Origin: Mayamaea pseudoterrestris
Lineage: Eukaryota
Assembly: GCA_027923505.1 (NCBI GenBank)
Contig: BROI01000008.1
Coordinates: forward strand, 806,001 to 870,000
DNA length: 64,000 nucleotides
Direction of reading: 5' to 3'
Each line of letters starts with the position of its first letter. The stretch's first letter is position 1. Positions 12,991 through 23,725 of the stretch are shown piece after piece. A program made the position numbers and the translations under genes. Under the pieces are notes generated by a model. It had not been told where the DNA came from. It was given only the letters and a program-made list of their open reading frames with translations, and searched no databases.

Positions 12991-13606
12991 TGTTGATCCA
13001 CAAGCGAACATTCGCAGCGTAGCAAAGCTCCTGGGCATCGTTAACATAGCTTAACATTGCCTCGTATGAAGTTTCACCCTTTATACGCAGCTTAATATCA
13101 TCAACGCCAACAGTGCTGCAAAGTTTTTTAACCCAGTCTACCGTGTCCACAATGGGCAGGATGCGTCCGAGGCTTGGCAAGTTATTTGCCATCTCGGCGC
13201 CGTACGCAGCCATAGTTCGAAACGATGGGCGCTCACTGGCTGGATCTTGTACAATCGTAGGTTAGTGCTGATATGCCGCGGGAAAGGTTGTTTGTGCCAC
13301 TGGCCCTGGTCCCTATTTGCGTCGTCAAGGAGTCAACGGATGGGTGTGGGGTGTGAACGCTTGTCGCGCCACAACTGTTCTGCGCCGTCAAACATGTAAT
13401 GGCTGAACAGCCATGGCAGTTCATATTGTGCATGGCAAGCAAATCAGCTTGAATGCCGGCTCCGCCACCAGAATCGAGCCAGTAATGGTGGAAACAACTG
13501 GTCGTCGAAGTTGATTTTGATTTCGAGTGGTGGATGACGATGCCATGGTCAAGGAGGAAACGACGAGCGGAACTAGCGCGATCCAGACTTCGATGATTTT
13601 CACCAT
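12990..13606 (-). pseudogene. Bifunctional ThiD-ThiE (TH1-type) thiamine biosynthesis pseudogene
   Basis: STITGS, frameshift near 13474, then [22 protein letters not shown] (ThiD N-terminus). An internal deletion leads to GPGPVAQ (ThiD C-terminus), a TAA stop at 13262-13264, then ILPIVDTVDWVKKL..IKLRIK..VRLWIN (ThiE N-terminus), truncated at ~12990. Confidence 0.85.
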
Positions 13607-13822
13607 TGACTGAAGGACAAAGATGCGCATCACGAGCCTCTTTGGTCTTTTGACTGTTGGATACGGTAGAGAAGGACTGGATGTATCTTGCCTCGCATCA
13701 AACAATGGTCAAAGGATGGATGATCGAATGTGACGTCATCTTCGTCACGCATTCAGGCGCGCGAGCGCGCCACCATGAAACTCGCATCACAAAATCAACA
13801 ACACATCATTGCAATTACAACC

Positions 13823-15025
13823 ATGGCGAGACTCTTCCTCGTTGCCATTGCTACTTTCCTAACTACTGAATTTGTTTCATCTTTGTCAACTGTTCACTTT
13901 GTGACAGGAGCCAATGGCTATCTTGGTCGTGCGATAGTTCATGAGATATTCCTGTCAGCAAGCTCATCGTCGTCCGCAAAGGACACGAAAGATAGAATCG
14001 TATGCTTGGTTCGTCAATCGCGAGTAGTTTCGGAACAAGCATATTGGAATCAACATTTACAGCAAGCAGAGATGAAGGAAGCTCTATCGATATGTGTTCG
14101 TCCATATGACATGCTGGACGGCGGGGAAGCCTTTGAAACAGCTTTGAATGAGCAAATACAATTGACCTCCGGTAATGAGTCCCAACCAACCGTTTGTTTG
14201 CATCATGTCGCTTCCGTCTTTGGGCCTACCGATAACCACGTGCAAACTGCACTTGATAATGTGCGAGGAACCACTGACTTGGTTGAAGTTTTAGCTAAAT
14301 CTGCCAAAGCCAATGAAAACGACAATTATCGCTTCGTCCTTACGTCTAGCATGGCTGCCGTCCGTGGTTCGGGACAGATACCAGGAAATGAGAAATATTA
14401 CACAGCTGATGACTGGAACACACTTAGTCAATTGGACGAAAGCAACGGCTGGGGAACTTCCTATCAGTGGAGCAAGACGGAGTCTGAACGACAAGCGAGG
14501 GAGCGCTGCGAGCAACATAACATACCCATGGTTTCCATTTGCCCGTCTTTTGTATTTGGTCCACCTGCAGGTGCATCAGCTGCCGGTACTACATCCAGTA
14601 AAACGAACGCAAAGATACCAGAGAGCGAATCCTTCGCAATTCAACTCGTACGTCAATGGCTTACTGGAGAGTCGCCCGTCCAAAGCCGCTTGTTCGTCGA
14701 TGTAAGAGACGTGGCGCAGGCGCATGTGGCTGCTGCGCAACGATTGCAAAAGTTAGAAAACAAGAGGTGGATTGTATCGCAGGAGACTCGAATACCAAGT
14801 AAAGATATTGCCGAATGGCTGCGCTCAGTCTGTCAGGCAGGCGGGGGAGATTTTAGTAAGATTCACTTTGACGCTGACTTTCAAGGAGGAGCCATACCCA
14901 TCGGTCAACGGGAAGTCAAAGCTGCGGACATGCTGCAAGAGCAACTTGGTGTATCTCTCCGGCCTGTCAAGGAAACTATCGTGGACATGGCACAGATGCT
15001 CATGCAAGACAATCATTCGAGGTGA
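13823..15025 (+). CDS. NAD(P)-dependent epimerase/dehydratase (dihydroflavonol-reductase-like extended SDR) with signal peptide
   Basis: VTGANGYLG, HHVASV, LTSSMAAV, YQWSK and FVDVRDVAQAH motifs. Confidence 0.88.
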   Translation: MARLFLVAIATFLTTEFVSSLSTVHFVTGANGYLGRAIVHEIFLSASSSSSAKDTKDRIVCLVRQSRVVSEQAYWNQHLQQAEMKEALSICVRPYDMLDGGEAFETALNEQIQLTSGNESQPTVCLHHVASVFGPTDNHVQTALDNVRGTTDLVEVLAKSAKANENDNYRFVLTSSMAAVRGSGQIPGNEKYYTADDWNTLSQLDESNGWGTSYQWSKTESERQARERCEQHNIPMVSICPSFVFGPPAGASAAGTTSSKTNAKIPESESFAIQLVRQWLTGESPVQSRLFVDVRDVAQAHVAAAQRLQKLENKRWIVSQETRIPSKDIAEWLRSVCQAGGGDFSKIHFDADFQGGAIPIGQREVKAADMLQEQLGVSLRPVKETIVDMAQMLMQDNHSR

Positions 15026-15353
15026 TTTTGCGATTGAAACAACCGTGTTTTAATTATGTAGCTTACATGCCTACCGTATCTAGTGAAGGAGACTGGAACA
15101 AAATTATCACCCGTATTAAACAGTACTGTACTGTACCTGGCAGTTCCTTGGGGATGTCCTCGAAGCTGATAGCCTAACTTATTCTTAGGCCGTAACATTG
15201 AAAAGACCTCGCAGCACGACTCGATCATCCTTTCGACCAGCCACCATGCGATTGCAAACCTTGTGAACCTTGGCTTCTTGTCAAGGCGGTCATGCAACGC
15301 AGCTCGAACTAATCACCTCTACCAATACAATCACAATATCGACGTCGCGTGCC

Positions 15354-17207
15354 ATGTTGCGCAATTTGCTTCGTGCACGACTCCTCAAGTCGACAGGCTC
15401 AAGGTTCCGATCCTTTTCAGTCTTAGCACCAGTTGCTGCAGCGTCGCAGAAGGATCATTTTGAAGATCCAGTCGTTAGAATTGCTAGATTGTTTCTTTTG
15501 GTAGGTGTTGGATCGGCTATCGCATCCAGCAGTTCGTCAACAAGTTGCGAGGACCATGATGGAGGCTATGGAGGAGATCTTCCAGTGTTTGCAAGCTCCA
15601 GTGATCCAATGGTTGGGGCGTCCGACAAGCAAGCAGAGGAAGATGTACCCTTTGTGTTGGTACCTATCGCTTTTAACAAGCAAGATGAGCTACAAGATGA
15701 ACAATCATCGTTCTCGAAATCAATTCGGGCTTTGAAATCATCCATGGAATGTGCCGCTACCGAGTCTGCTGCCCCGCAGAAACTAGCGACCAGCACCGAC
15801 ATGACTGCACCTCTGCCAGTCATCTCAGTCGCAACTTCGCCCGAAAAAGCCGTCAGTACGTTGCCGGGAAAGCCACATAACTCTGTCACAACGCGCAAGA
15901 TGTATTTCTATCAAACGTCCCAACTTGAGTCTGCCAAGGCGAGCAAGTTTACCTTACTAGCCGCTCCATCATCGGAGGAGCTAGGCGGTGACATTGGTCA
16001 CTTGCTCAACGTGCCAGTGAGCAAGATGGATGTTTCCAATTTCGCTGATGGCGAAGCACGAGTTGAGCTGCAGGTTTCTGTCCGCGGCAAGCATGTCTAC
16101 GTGGTCAATTCGACGACGAGTTCGGATGCCATTATGGAGCTCATGCTGTTGGTGACTGCCTTGAGGCGGGCCAGTGCCAGGAAAATTACCGCAGTTATCC
16201 CATACTTTGGTTATGCGCGACAAGATGAACGCAAGAATCGTCGTCGCGAGCCAATTGCAGCTGCCGACATTGCGCTAATGTTGGAGCTAGTCGGTGTGGA
16301 TCGCGTCATTGCGTTGGACCTTCACAGCGATACGGTTCGTGGGTTCTTTCCGCCTACAATTCCTGTAGAGGTGAGTCAATGGTTGACAAAGCGTGTGTGA
16401 TGATTGTCAGCATAGTTTCTCATTCAGCTTCTTCCACGATTGCAGCACCTCATGCCATCGCCTGTCGCGGCCGCTTATTTTCACGAAGAGCTCACTAGAT
16501 TGGCCATTGAAGCAGCAAAAGCAGCCAATGTTGGTGATCCGGAAGAAGATCACGATGAGCACTATTCGAAAATAACTGTGGTAGCATCGCATGAGGGCCA
16601 AGTTGGAAGGGCAACTCGTTTCCGCGACGTCTTACGTCTCCTGTCAGGCCAAGATATTGAAATTGCGGTTTTGTCTCGTTCGAAAATGCGTCCGGGCGAG
16701 AGGCAGTATGAACCAAACCTAGTCGGCGACGTGAGAGGTCGGAAATGCATTCTCGTGGATGATATAGTAAACACCGGAACCACACTCGTGTCGAATGTCA
16801 ATTATCTGAAAGAAGTAGGCGCTGATTCAATTTATGCCTGGGCAACGCATGGAGTCTTCGAGACCCCAGTCCCCGGCGAACGATCCAAAGCTATTATGAA
16901 CGATGCTCCGGAACGATTGCAAGCGCTGGAGGAATTGGTACGTCGTGTGCATATCAGACATGGCACTTCTATGAAACATATGAACCATTCTCTTTATAAA
17001 ATCTAACTCTACGCTATACTTTTACAGGAATTCCTCTTAATAAGCAATTCCGTCAACATCAAATGCCCGCTCCCGCCTAAAGTCCGTGTCCTCAATGTTG
17101 CGCCCTTGCTCGCCGAAGCCATTGCGCGCGCCCTGCATGACCAAAGTATCAGCAGCATACTTTCACTCGACTCCGACGAACGCCTGGAGCGATATGATGA
17201 TGCATGA
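15354..17207 (+). CDS. Ribose-phosphate pyrophosphokinase family protein with organellar presequence, 3 exons
   Basis: [49 protein letters not shown] and VAPLLAEAI; introns near 16371-16445 and 16938-17027. Confidence 0.9.
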
Positions 17208-17304
17208 TCATGTGCAATAGAACGCATTCAATAGTGCAAGGTGAAACATATCCTTGTTTCCAGCAAAGTGTAGAATGATAATGCTTTTTTTGTATACAAA
17301 GACG

Positions 17305-18033
17305 TCAACGAGGTGGAAATCCAACAAATATAGACAAATCGGCCATCCAGCTTCGTTGATGCTGCAATTGTTGGTCATGATGACATCGTTTTGAGCTTCC
17401 AACCAAGTCTTGTCGACAGCACGGACAACTTGTCGCTCGCTCCAGCCACATGGTCAAGCATTCATTGTGAAAGTTTTTGTGACATGCGCACGAAATTATA
17501 TAGTCATACTGTCGCTTGTTGGCGCTGTCATTGAAACCAATCAAGCAAATGGGACATTCTTCCTGCAATATTCTATCAACCGATACCAATGTCTGAGAGG
17601 TATGAGCGTCGTTCCGCCGGTTGAGCCATGTCAATGACGGTGGAATTCCATTCAAGTCGTGACAGCTGTGGTTACTCCCATGTGTCGTCATTATAAAGTT
17701 CCAAGTGTGAAGAAATTGACAGCAAACAAAGACCTTCCACAACAGAATGATCAGAAGGTAACCGATAAGGATCACCGTGAATGTCGAACATAACGACGAC
17801 AACATTTCCTCAGTGTCACGCGCGTGTTCCGTCATGACGTCTAACAGCACAACGAGACCATTTTCCGCATCGTTTCTCCCTTCGACGAATCGCGAACTCT
17901 CGTAGATGCTGTTGGTCTTCATAGAGTTGCTCAACGGTCCAGCGCAATGCATTTCTTGCTTGGCCGCAACACGTGTGATGGTTTGTTGATGTGGAGGTGG
18001 GGGGTTCGCTTGAAGCGTGCTGGCGACGAACAT
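17305..18033 (-). CDS. Single-TM RING-H2 finger protein (putative E3 ligase); start uncertain
   Basis: A hydrophobic segment followed by CPICL...CACHKNFHNECLTMWLERATSCPCCR. Confidence 0.7.
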   Translation of the reverse strand: MFVASTLQANPPPPHQQTITRVAAKQEMHCAGPLSNSMKTNSIYESSRFVEGRNDAENGLVVLLDVMTEHARDTEEMLSSLCSTFTVILIGYLLIILLWKVFVCCQFLHTWNFIMTTHGSNHSCHDLNGIPPSLTWLNRRNDAHTSQTLVSVDRILQEECPICLIGFNDSANKRQYDYIISCACHKNFHNECLTMWLERATSCPCCRQDLVGSSKRCHHDQQLQHQRSWMADLSIFVGFPPR

Positions 18034-18062
18034 GTCAAGCTTCCAAAATGCCTGCGACTTTA

Positions 18063-18276
18063 TGACGTAGTTTTCACTGGCACTCGTTTCGTATATAACC
18101 CTCATGACGCAGTTTTCACTGGCACTCGTTTCGTGTATAACCCCTTTGACGCAGTTTTCACTGGCATTCGTTTTTTATATAACCCTCATTACGCAGTTTT
18201 CACTGGCACTTGTTTCGTATATAACCCCTGTGACGTAGTTTTCACTGGCACTCGTTTCGTACATAACCCCTTTGAC
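18063..18276. repeat. Tandem array of five 42-bp units: core TGACGYAGTTTTCACTGGCACTCGTTTC plus a GTATATAACCC-type linker
   Basis: Units start at 18063, 18105, 18147, 18189 and 18231. Confidence 0.97.
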
Positions 18277-19484
18277 ATTGTTGTGGGGGGACACACTGAT
18301 CGACTCGCTTGGATCGACGGAGCCATCCAGCACCATCATCCTGTCGGCGAGGCGACTACTTCTTCTCCTTTTTAAATTAACCTTTATGCACTTTATATAC
18401 TTCTCCACGCGTTATCATGTCTTCCTTCGTTTCCCAAGTGATGTCACCTGGCGGCGGAGTCATGCTTTTGCCATTCGTTCGTGTCGTCATGTCGTCATTG
18501 TCATTCTCCTCTTGCTCACCTTCTCTGCCGCCGTAGTTGGTGTGGCGCGTAGCATGTTGTCGGCTGGTAAGTACGGTATTCGTAATTGCCGTCCTGGCTC
18601 ATCAGGAACGGGCGGGTGATAATGATGCGTGATTTCAGTTCTGAGGCTGGCTGGAATTCATTGGCTTTTTATACGGCTTTTCAAGCGTTCCTTTCCGTCT
18701 CATCTTCTATATTCATTTTTGGGTCTTATCGACAGGTCTTTTAATAAGTCTCTCATTCTTTGAATCGGAATACAACAAGTTGCGAGCATCGCGATCAAAG
18801 CAAGGTGGCGAACTACCGTGTCCAAGACTTCTGGAGCTCAACAGCAACAAGCTAAGACGGATTGAATATTTGCTATTGTCAAGAGCTAACAAGTAAGTTA
18901 CTCATTCTTATTTGACTGGCTGTCTTTGATCGACTGGGTGCAACTAGTTCATGGGTTTCAATGAAAAGATTGCCAGCTCGGTAATCAAAGATAATTCTGC
19001 GCTTACATCAATATGGTCTACTGAGTGATGCCATACATTTGCTTTTTCTGTGCACTATGCTTGCAGCGTCCTTCTTTTTGCATGACCAATTCTGGCTGCA
19101 TTGCAGTCAGCTACCGGTAGATAATGTTGGGACCAATTCAGTCGCTCGACCTTTACCTACCATCCTCCATATACCACGGATCACTCGCTAAAGGTAGTAG
19201 GCCCTACGCGGATGTGTTAGCAGTACATTTGAGTGCCTCAAGTTATTGCCTTTTAGTTCCAAATATCGGTATCACATAGTGGTACAAGTACCTGTATTAA
19301 CTGTAGAAGAATTGGCAGACCCCATGTCGTAGCACGACTGCTTTAGATTCGATGCGACAGACACATCAAACAAACTGTCGGACAGAAGCCATGAGCGAAA
19401 AATGATGGACGCATCGCTGGATAGTACAAGACCTTGACATTATAAAGTGTACAACTGCATTACACGTCTATTATAGCACTGAGT

Positions 19485-20252
19485 ATGCATAGAATACTAT
19501 GGCACGCCGCAGCAATTAATTTGCTACTGGGGCTCAATCTCGCGTTAAGTATGCCACACTATATACTAACAAGCAGCGTTGCTAAATGCTTCCAGGTTGA
19601 TGTTCCCAGCCAGACGACCATTGCAGTCGCATACTCCACTCCAGATTTAGGTCTCAGCAATGATGCTGTGGAAACGACGAAGCGAACCGTGTCAAGGAGT
19701 ATGAGTCTGCTCATCGTCCACAAGGTTAACCCTGGCGGCACGCATCGCACCTCTCAGCACAACCGGTCGCCGGCGAAGGCTCCAACAGGTCGATTTCGAG
19801 AGCAAATAACGAAACGAGATGGCGTCATTGAATATACCACGGGAGCACATGAAGGGCCCGTCGAAATATGCGCACAAGCAGCTTCGGCATCGAAACGTAC
19901 ACCTGTCCGATTTGCGATTCGTGTTATTCAGGATGCGATCGAGACCAGCGGACACAAGCTTGTCCTGCAAAAGCTGGCTCAGGGTCAAGTGATTCGATCC
20001 GGAGCGGAAAAACTAACGGAACACTCTAGTCGTTTGACCGAAGAGCTCTCACGGCTATTGAAACACATAAACCAGATTGCTAATACAGCCGAGACCATGA
20101 AGGAGAGAGAGAAGTCGTTGCATGATAGGTCTATCTCGTTGCAGAGGGCTGTCAAATTGTGGCCTATCATACGAATGTTTGTGCTTGTTTCAGCGGCATA
20201 TATGCAGACCCACTATGTTGTAAGCTTTATGAAGCGAAGGCACATAGTTTAA
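19485..20252 (+). CDS. emp24/gp25L/p24 GOLD-domain protein
   Basis: Signal peptide, KCF and EICA cysteines, coiled coil, C-terminal TM and an FMKRRHIV tail. Confidence 0.8.
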   Translation: MHRILWHAAAINLLLGLNLALSMPHYILTSSVAKCFQVDVPSQTTIAVAYSTPDLGLSNDAVETTKRTVSRSMSLLIVHKVNPGGTHRTSQHNRSPAKAPTGRFREQITKRDGVIEYTTGAHEGPVEICAQAASASKRTPVRFAIRVIQDAIETSGHKLVLQKLAQGQVIRSGAEKLTEHSSRLTEELSRLLKHINQIANTAETMKEREKSLHDRSISLQRAVKLWPIIRMFVLVSAAYMQTHYVVSFMKRRHIV

Positions 20253-20330
20253 TGGCAGTAATAGACAGTAGCTTTTTTGTTTTTATTGAGCAAATTCAAT
20301 CTCGCACGCAAAACAATGAATCTACAATCA

Positions 20331-21978
20331 CTATGCAACCGAGATCCAAGTTCCGAGCACCGCAAAGACGACGCCAAAGACAACCATAAGATTGTTGAAG
20401 ATAGCTTCGCCCTTGAAAAAGGGTTGCGCGAGCGCTTGACCTTTGTTATCTTTTAGCTTGAGCAAACTGTTATTTACGAATGCGGGAAACATGTAGATGA
20501 CTACGGAGCCACAGACACTGCCGACAATGCCGATCACAGTTGCTAGTTCATGTTCCGTTACAAAGCAAGCAGCAGTGGCAATGCAAGCTAAGAGAATAGC
20601 TGAAATTGTATTCTGTTTCTCTTCTCGTTTTACAATGCCCGGCTTGTCCAGCTTGATTAACGAAAACAAAGCCGCTTTCAGGCCAGCAAACATTAGCGCG
20701 TACCCAGAAATGATAGCAATGCCGGTAAACAAGCGCGCCACTGTCGCCATGACATCCTGCGACGAGTGGTAATTGTTCAAAAGGAGTGCTTGTGCGCTAC
20801 TGCCAAACGTGCCGTAACCGAGAATCATCATGAACCAAAAGACGGCAAAAGTTCCACCAAGGCCGGCTGCCATGACTCCCTTTACCGCTGGGAGGGTTCG
20901 CACCTTTAATTCCATGTAGTACTTGACGGCATTGTAATGACACGCGTAGGCCACACAGCACATGTTCATTAAAGTCAGGACTCCCTTGGCGGCATAAAAT
21001 GGAGGAATATCAGCAACATATCCCAACACCGAGCTCTTGGTGCGAGCAAACCCCGGCATAGCGGCCGGTTGTAGCTTTGATGACATGAGATGGTGGAACT
21101 GTCCTCCATCAGCATAGGATCCGTCGACGAGTCGCTTGCCGACGAAGTAAATAGTGTAAAAAATGCCGATCAAACCCGTCATGCTCGAGTATTTCAATGC
21201 CGACAAATCCTTTTTCAAGCATAAGGGCAAGATAGGAACTGCGTGGAGCAACAGTAGGACAGACCAGCGCTTGCGGAGAAAATCGGGTAAAAATGTCATT
21301 CCTGAAACCAGTGACCCGAACAAATCACCGATGAATGCCGAGTAGAACAAGAGACAGCCGACGGTCAAAAAGACACAGCCAAGGTCGGGAATGTATGTTG
21401 TAAGCTTTCCGTTTGGGAGAGTGCGTTCCCAAACTGCCGATAGCGACTCGCCGGCATTTTGTTCATTGGTCTTGACCAAGACCACGTCGGCGGCTCTGCA
21501 TGTAAATGAAAGGTGCGATGTATAAGATGAGCGCCATCAGAAAGAGTGAATAATACAATCAATCGCACACGTACCTTGCAAAGGACACGAGGGAATACCA
21601 GCTCAAGACTCCAAAGATGAACAAAATGATAGTCGCCAGTACGGGTCCAGTCCCTCCTCCGGCCGCCATGCCAAAGGCAATTGGAAGCATTCCATGAGGG
21701 CACAAATCAGCCAAAACATTCGCGATCGCCGTTTGTGCCGACATGAGTTCTCCATGTTGGTGTTGATCTGCAATAGTCTTTTTCACTGTTGGTCTCGCTG
21801 ATGTTGGTGGTCGGGCGGCGAAAGGACGCGACTCTCCTCCACGCAGGTCGAATATGGGCGATGACGACAATGCCGTTGGAAGAAACGGATGTTCATGTGA
21901 TACCCGAGCACTAATTTGAACTGACAAGCTTAAAATGATGGCAGCTATGCGTAGCTGTGAATTGTTGAAGAAAAGCAT
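20331..21978 (-). CDS. Amino acid transporter (Aa_trans/AAAP family), one intron
   Basis: Signal peptide plus LRGG; LPLCLKKDLSALKYSS, AYACHYNA, GYGTFG, LLNNY; multiple TMs. Confidence 0.88.
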
Positions 21979-22348
21979 GATTGGCTATGCGTTGCTGGCT
22001 TGGGCGGGTCGCAGAGGTGAATGTACTATTGTAGTTACACTATTCAAGAAGCTACGTTTGCGCTTGGACGATATTCGAGCCTAAATGTCCCGATGCTGCG
22101 GCGAAAGTTGTGACACCATCGGTTGCCATGGTCAATCAAGGGCTGCGCGCGACCAAGATCGCGCTTCAGGTTGGGACTGAATGAGTCACGAGATACACGT
22201 CAAGCCTCATCGCTGGGTCGATGATGCGCCTCCACCATGGGAATTTACATTATTCTCGCCTGTCAAACGTAAAGATTTTGATCTACTACAAAACCCCAGG
22301 ATATTGCATATACCTTTAAAGGTTCTCTGCACTTTATTTATTCTTATT

Positions 22349-23412
22349 ATGTCAGTCAAACACTTTGATGTCTCTCAGCTTCCATCTTTGGAGCATATGA
22401 CGGCGAAGGAGGAAGCCCAGCGGCGAATGAAAACGGTTCGCTTTATTGAAGAAACATGCCGCTTGCTACGACTTCCACGGGTGGCGACTGCTACTGCTAC
22501 CGTCTTTTTCCATCGATTCTACGCCAAACACTCGTTTGAAACGCATGATCGATTTGAAGTCGCTGTCGCTGCCATATTGCTTGCTGCCAAGACGGAGGAA
22601 AGTCCCAAGAAACTAAACGTTGTCATAGAAGAGGCGTATAAACTCAAGACACGAAACATCCAGACGGGTCGACTCTCCCAGGCAGCGACTGATGCGTCTC
22701 CAGAGCCTGCTTCCGCGGTGCATCCAGCAACTACGGCGGCGCTTGATCCAAAGTCGGATGAATTCTCCAAGCTCAGAGAGCGCGTTCTTTTACTGGAACG
22801 AGTCATTCTACATACTATTGGCTTTGAGTTGAGGTAATTGGTTTTTGCATACAGAAATAGTTGATCTGCTTGTTGAAATCGTTGAATCACAAACTCACAC
22901 CCATCTGGGTTGGCATGCATCCCCTCGCTCTCATCTCTCATAGCGTCACACATCCCTACAAGTATATTCTCGAATTCAGCCAGCGCGCCATTACGAAGAA
23001 GCAAGTTGAATTCGTCAATCCAGAAGAGACTCGAGGCGTGTCAACCTCGCAGGCACAGGTGCAGTTGACTAACAAGGTTGTGCAAATAGCCATGAACTTT
23101 GCCAACGACAGCTTCCAGACAAGCCTATGTCTGCAGGCAGCCCCTGATCAAATTGCTATTGCCTGCATGTATCTGGCCTTTGAGTTTGCTGGAACGCGTC
23201 CTACGCAAATGAAAACATGGCTGGAGGTCCTTGGGTATCCCGAGGTGGAGCAGTTGATTTCTATTTGTTGCCAGATTATGGATTTGATTTCGGAACGAAA
23301 AGGCTCCGACGAAGCCATGTTCTCTAAAATAAAAGCAACGTTGGAAAAGATGAAGGATGAGGTGGTCATTTCTGCCGACGAACCTGCGGCCAAGAAGATC
23401 AAGGCTGCGTAA
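22349..23412 (+). CDS. Transcriptional cyclin (cyclin T/K/L family), one intron
   Basis: VATATATVFFHRFY, LLAAKTEESPKKL, ERVILHTIGFEL, HPYKY and NDSFQTSLCL. Confidence 0.9.
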
Positions 23413-23725
23413 AATGCTGATTCTATACAAATTTGATTTCTTCTGTTTGTTTTAGATCTACTGTAGCGCAGTTGTTTGATTGTAAGACTAATAGAATAAG
23501 TGTGAATGTTAAGGTAGCACTCGGACTTGGTACGTAGAGTAAGTAGTTGTGTGATTAAGTTAGTTGGAGTCGTACCGTTACTTGAACGTTTCTCGGAATG
23601 TCGGCCATGGCCCGCAAATTCTTGGCGTCGAACCTCTCGTGCTCCAGAAATCTTGTTGTTTTGGAAAGTCGTTGATGTATTCATATTCAAAGTTAGTTGA
23701 AACAGCAACTGAACTTTAGAAACAA

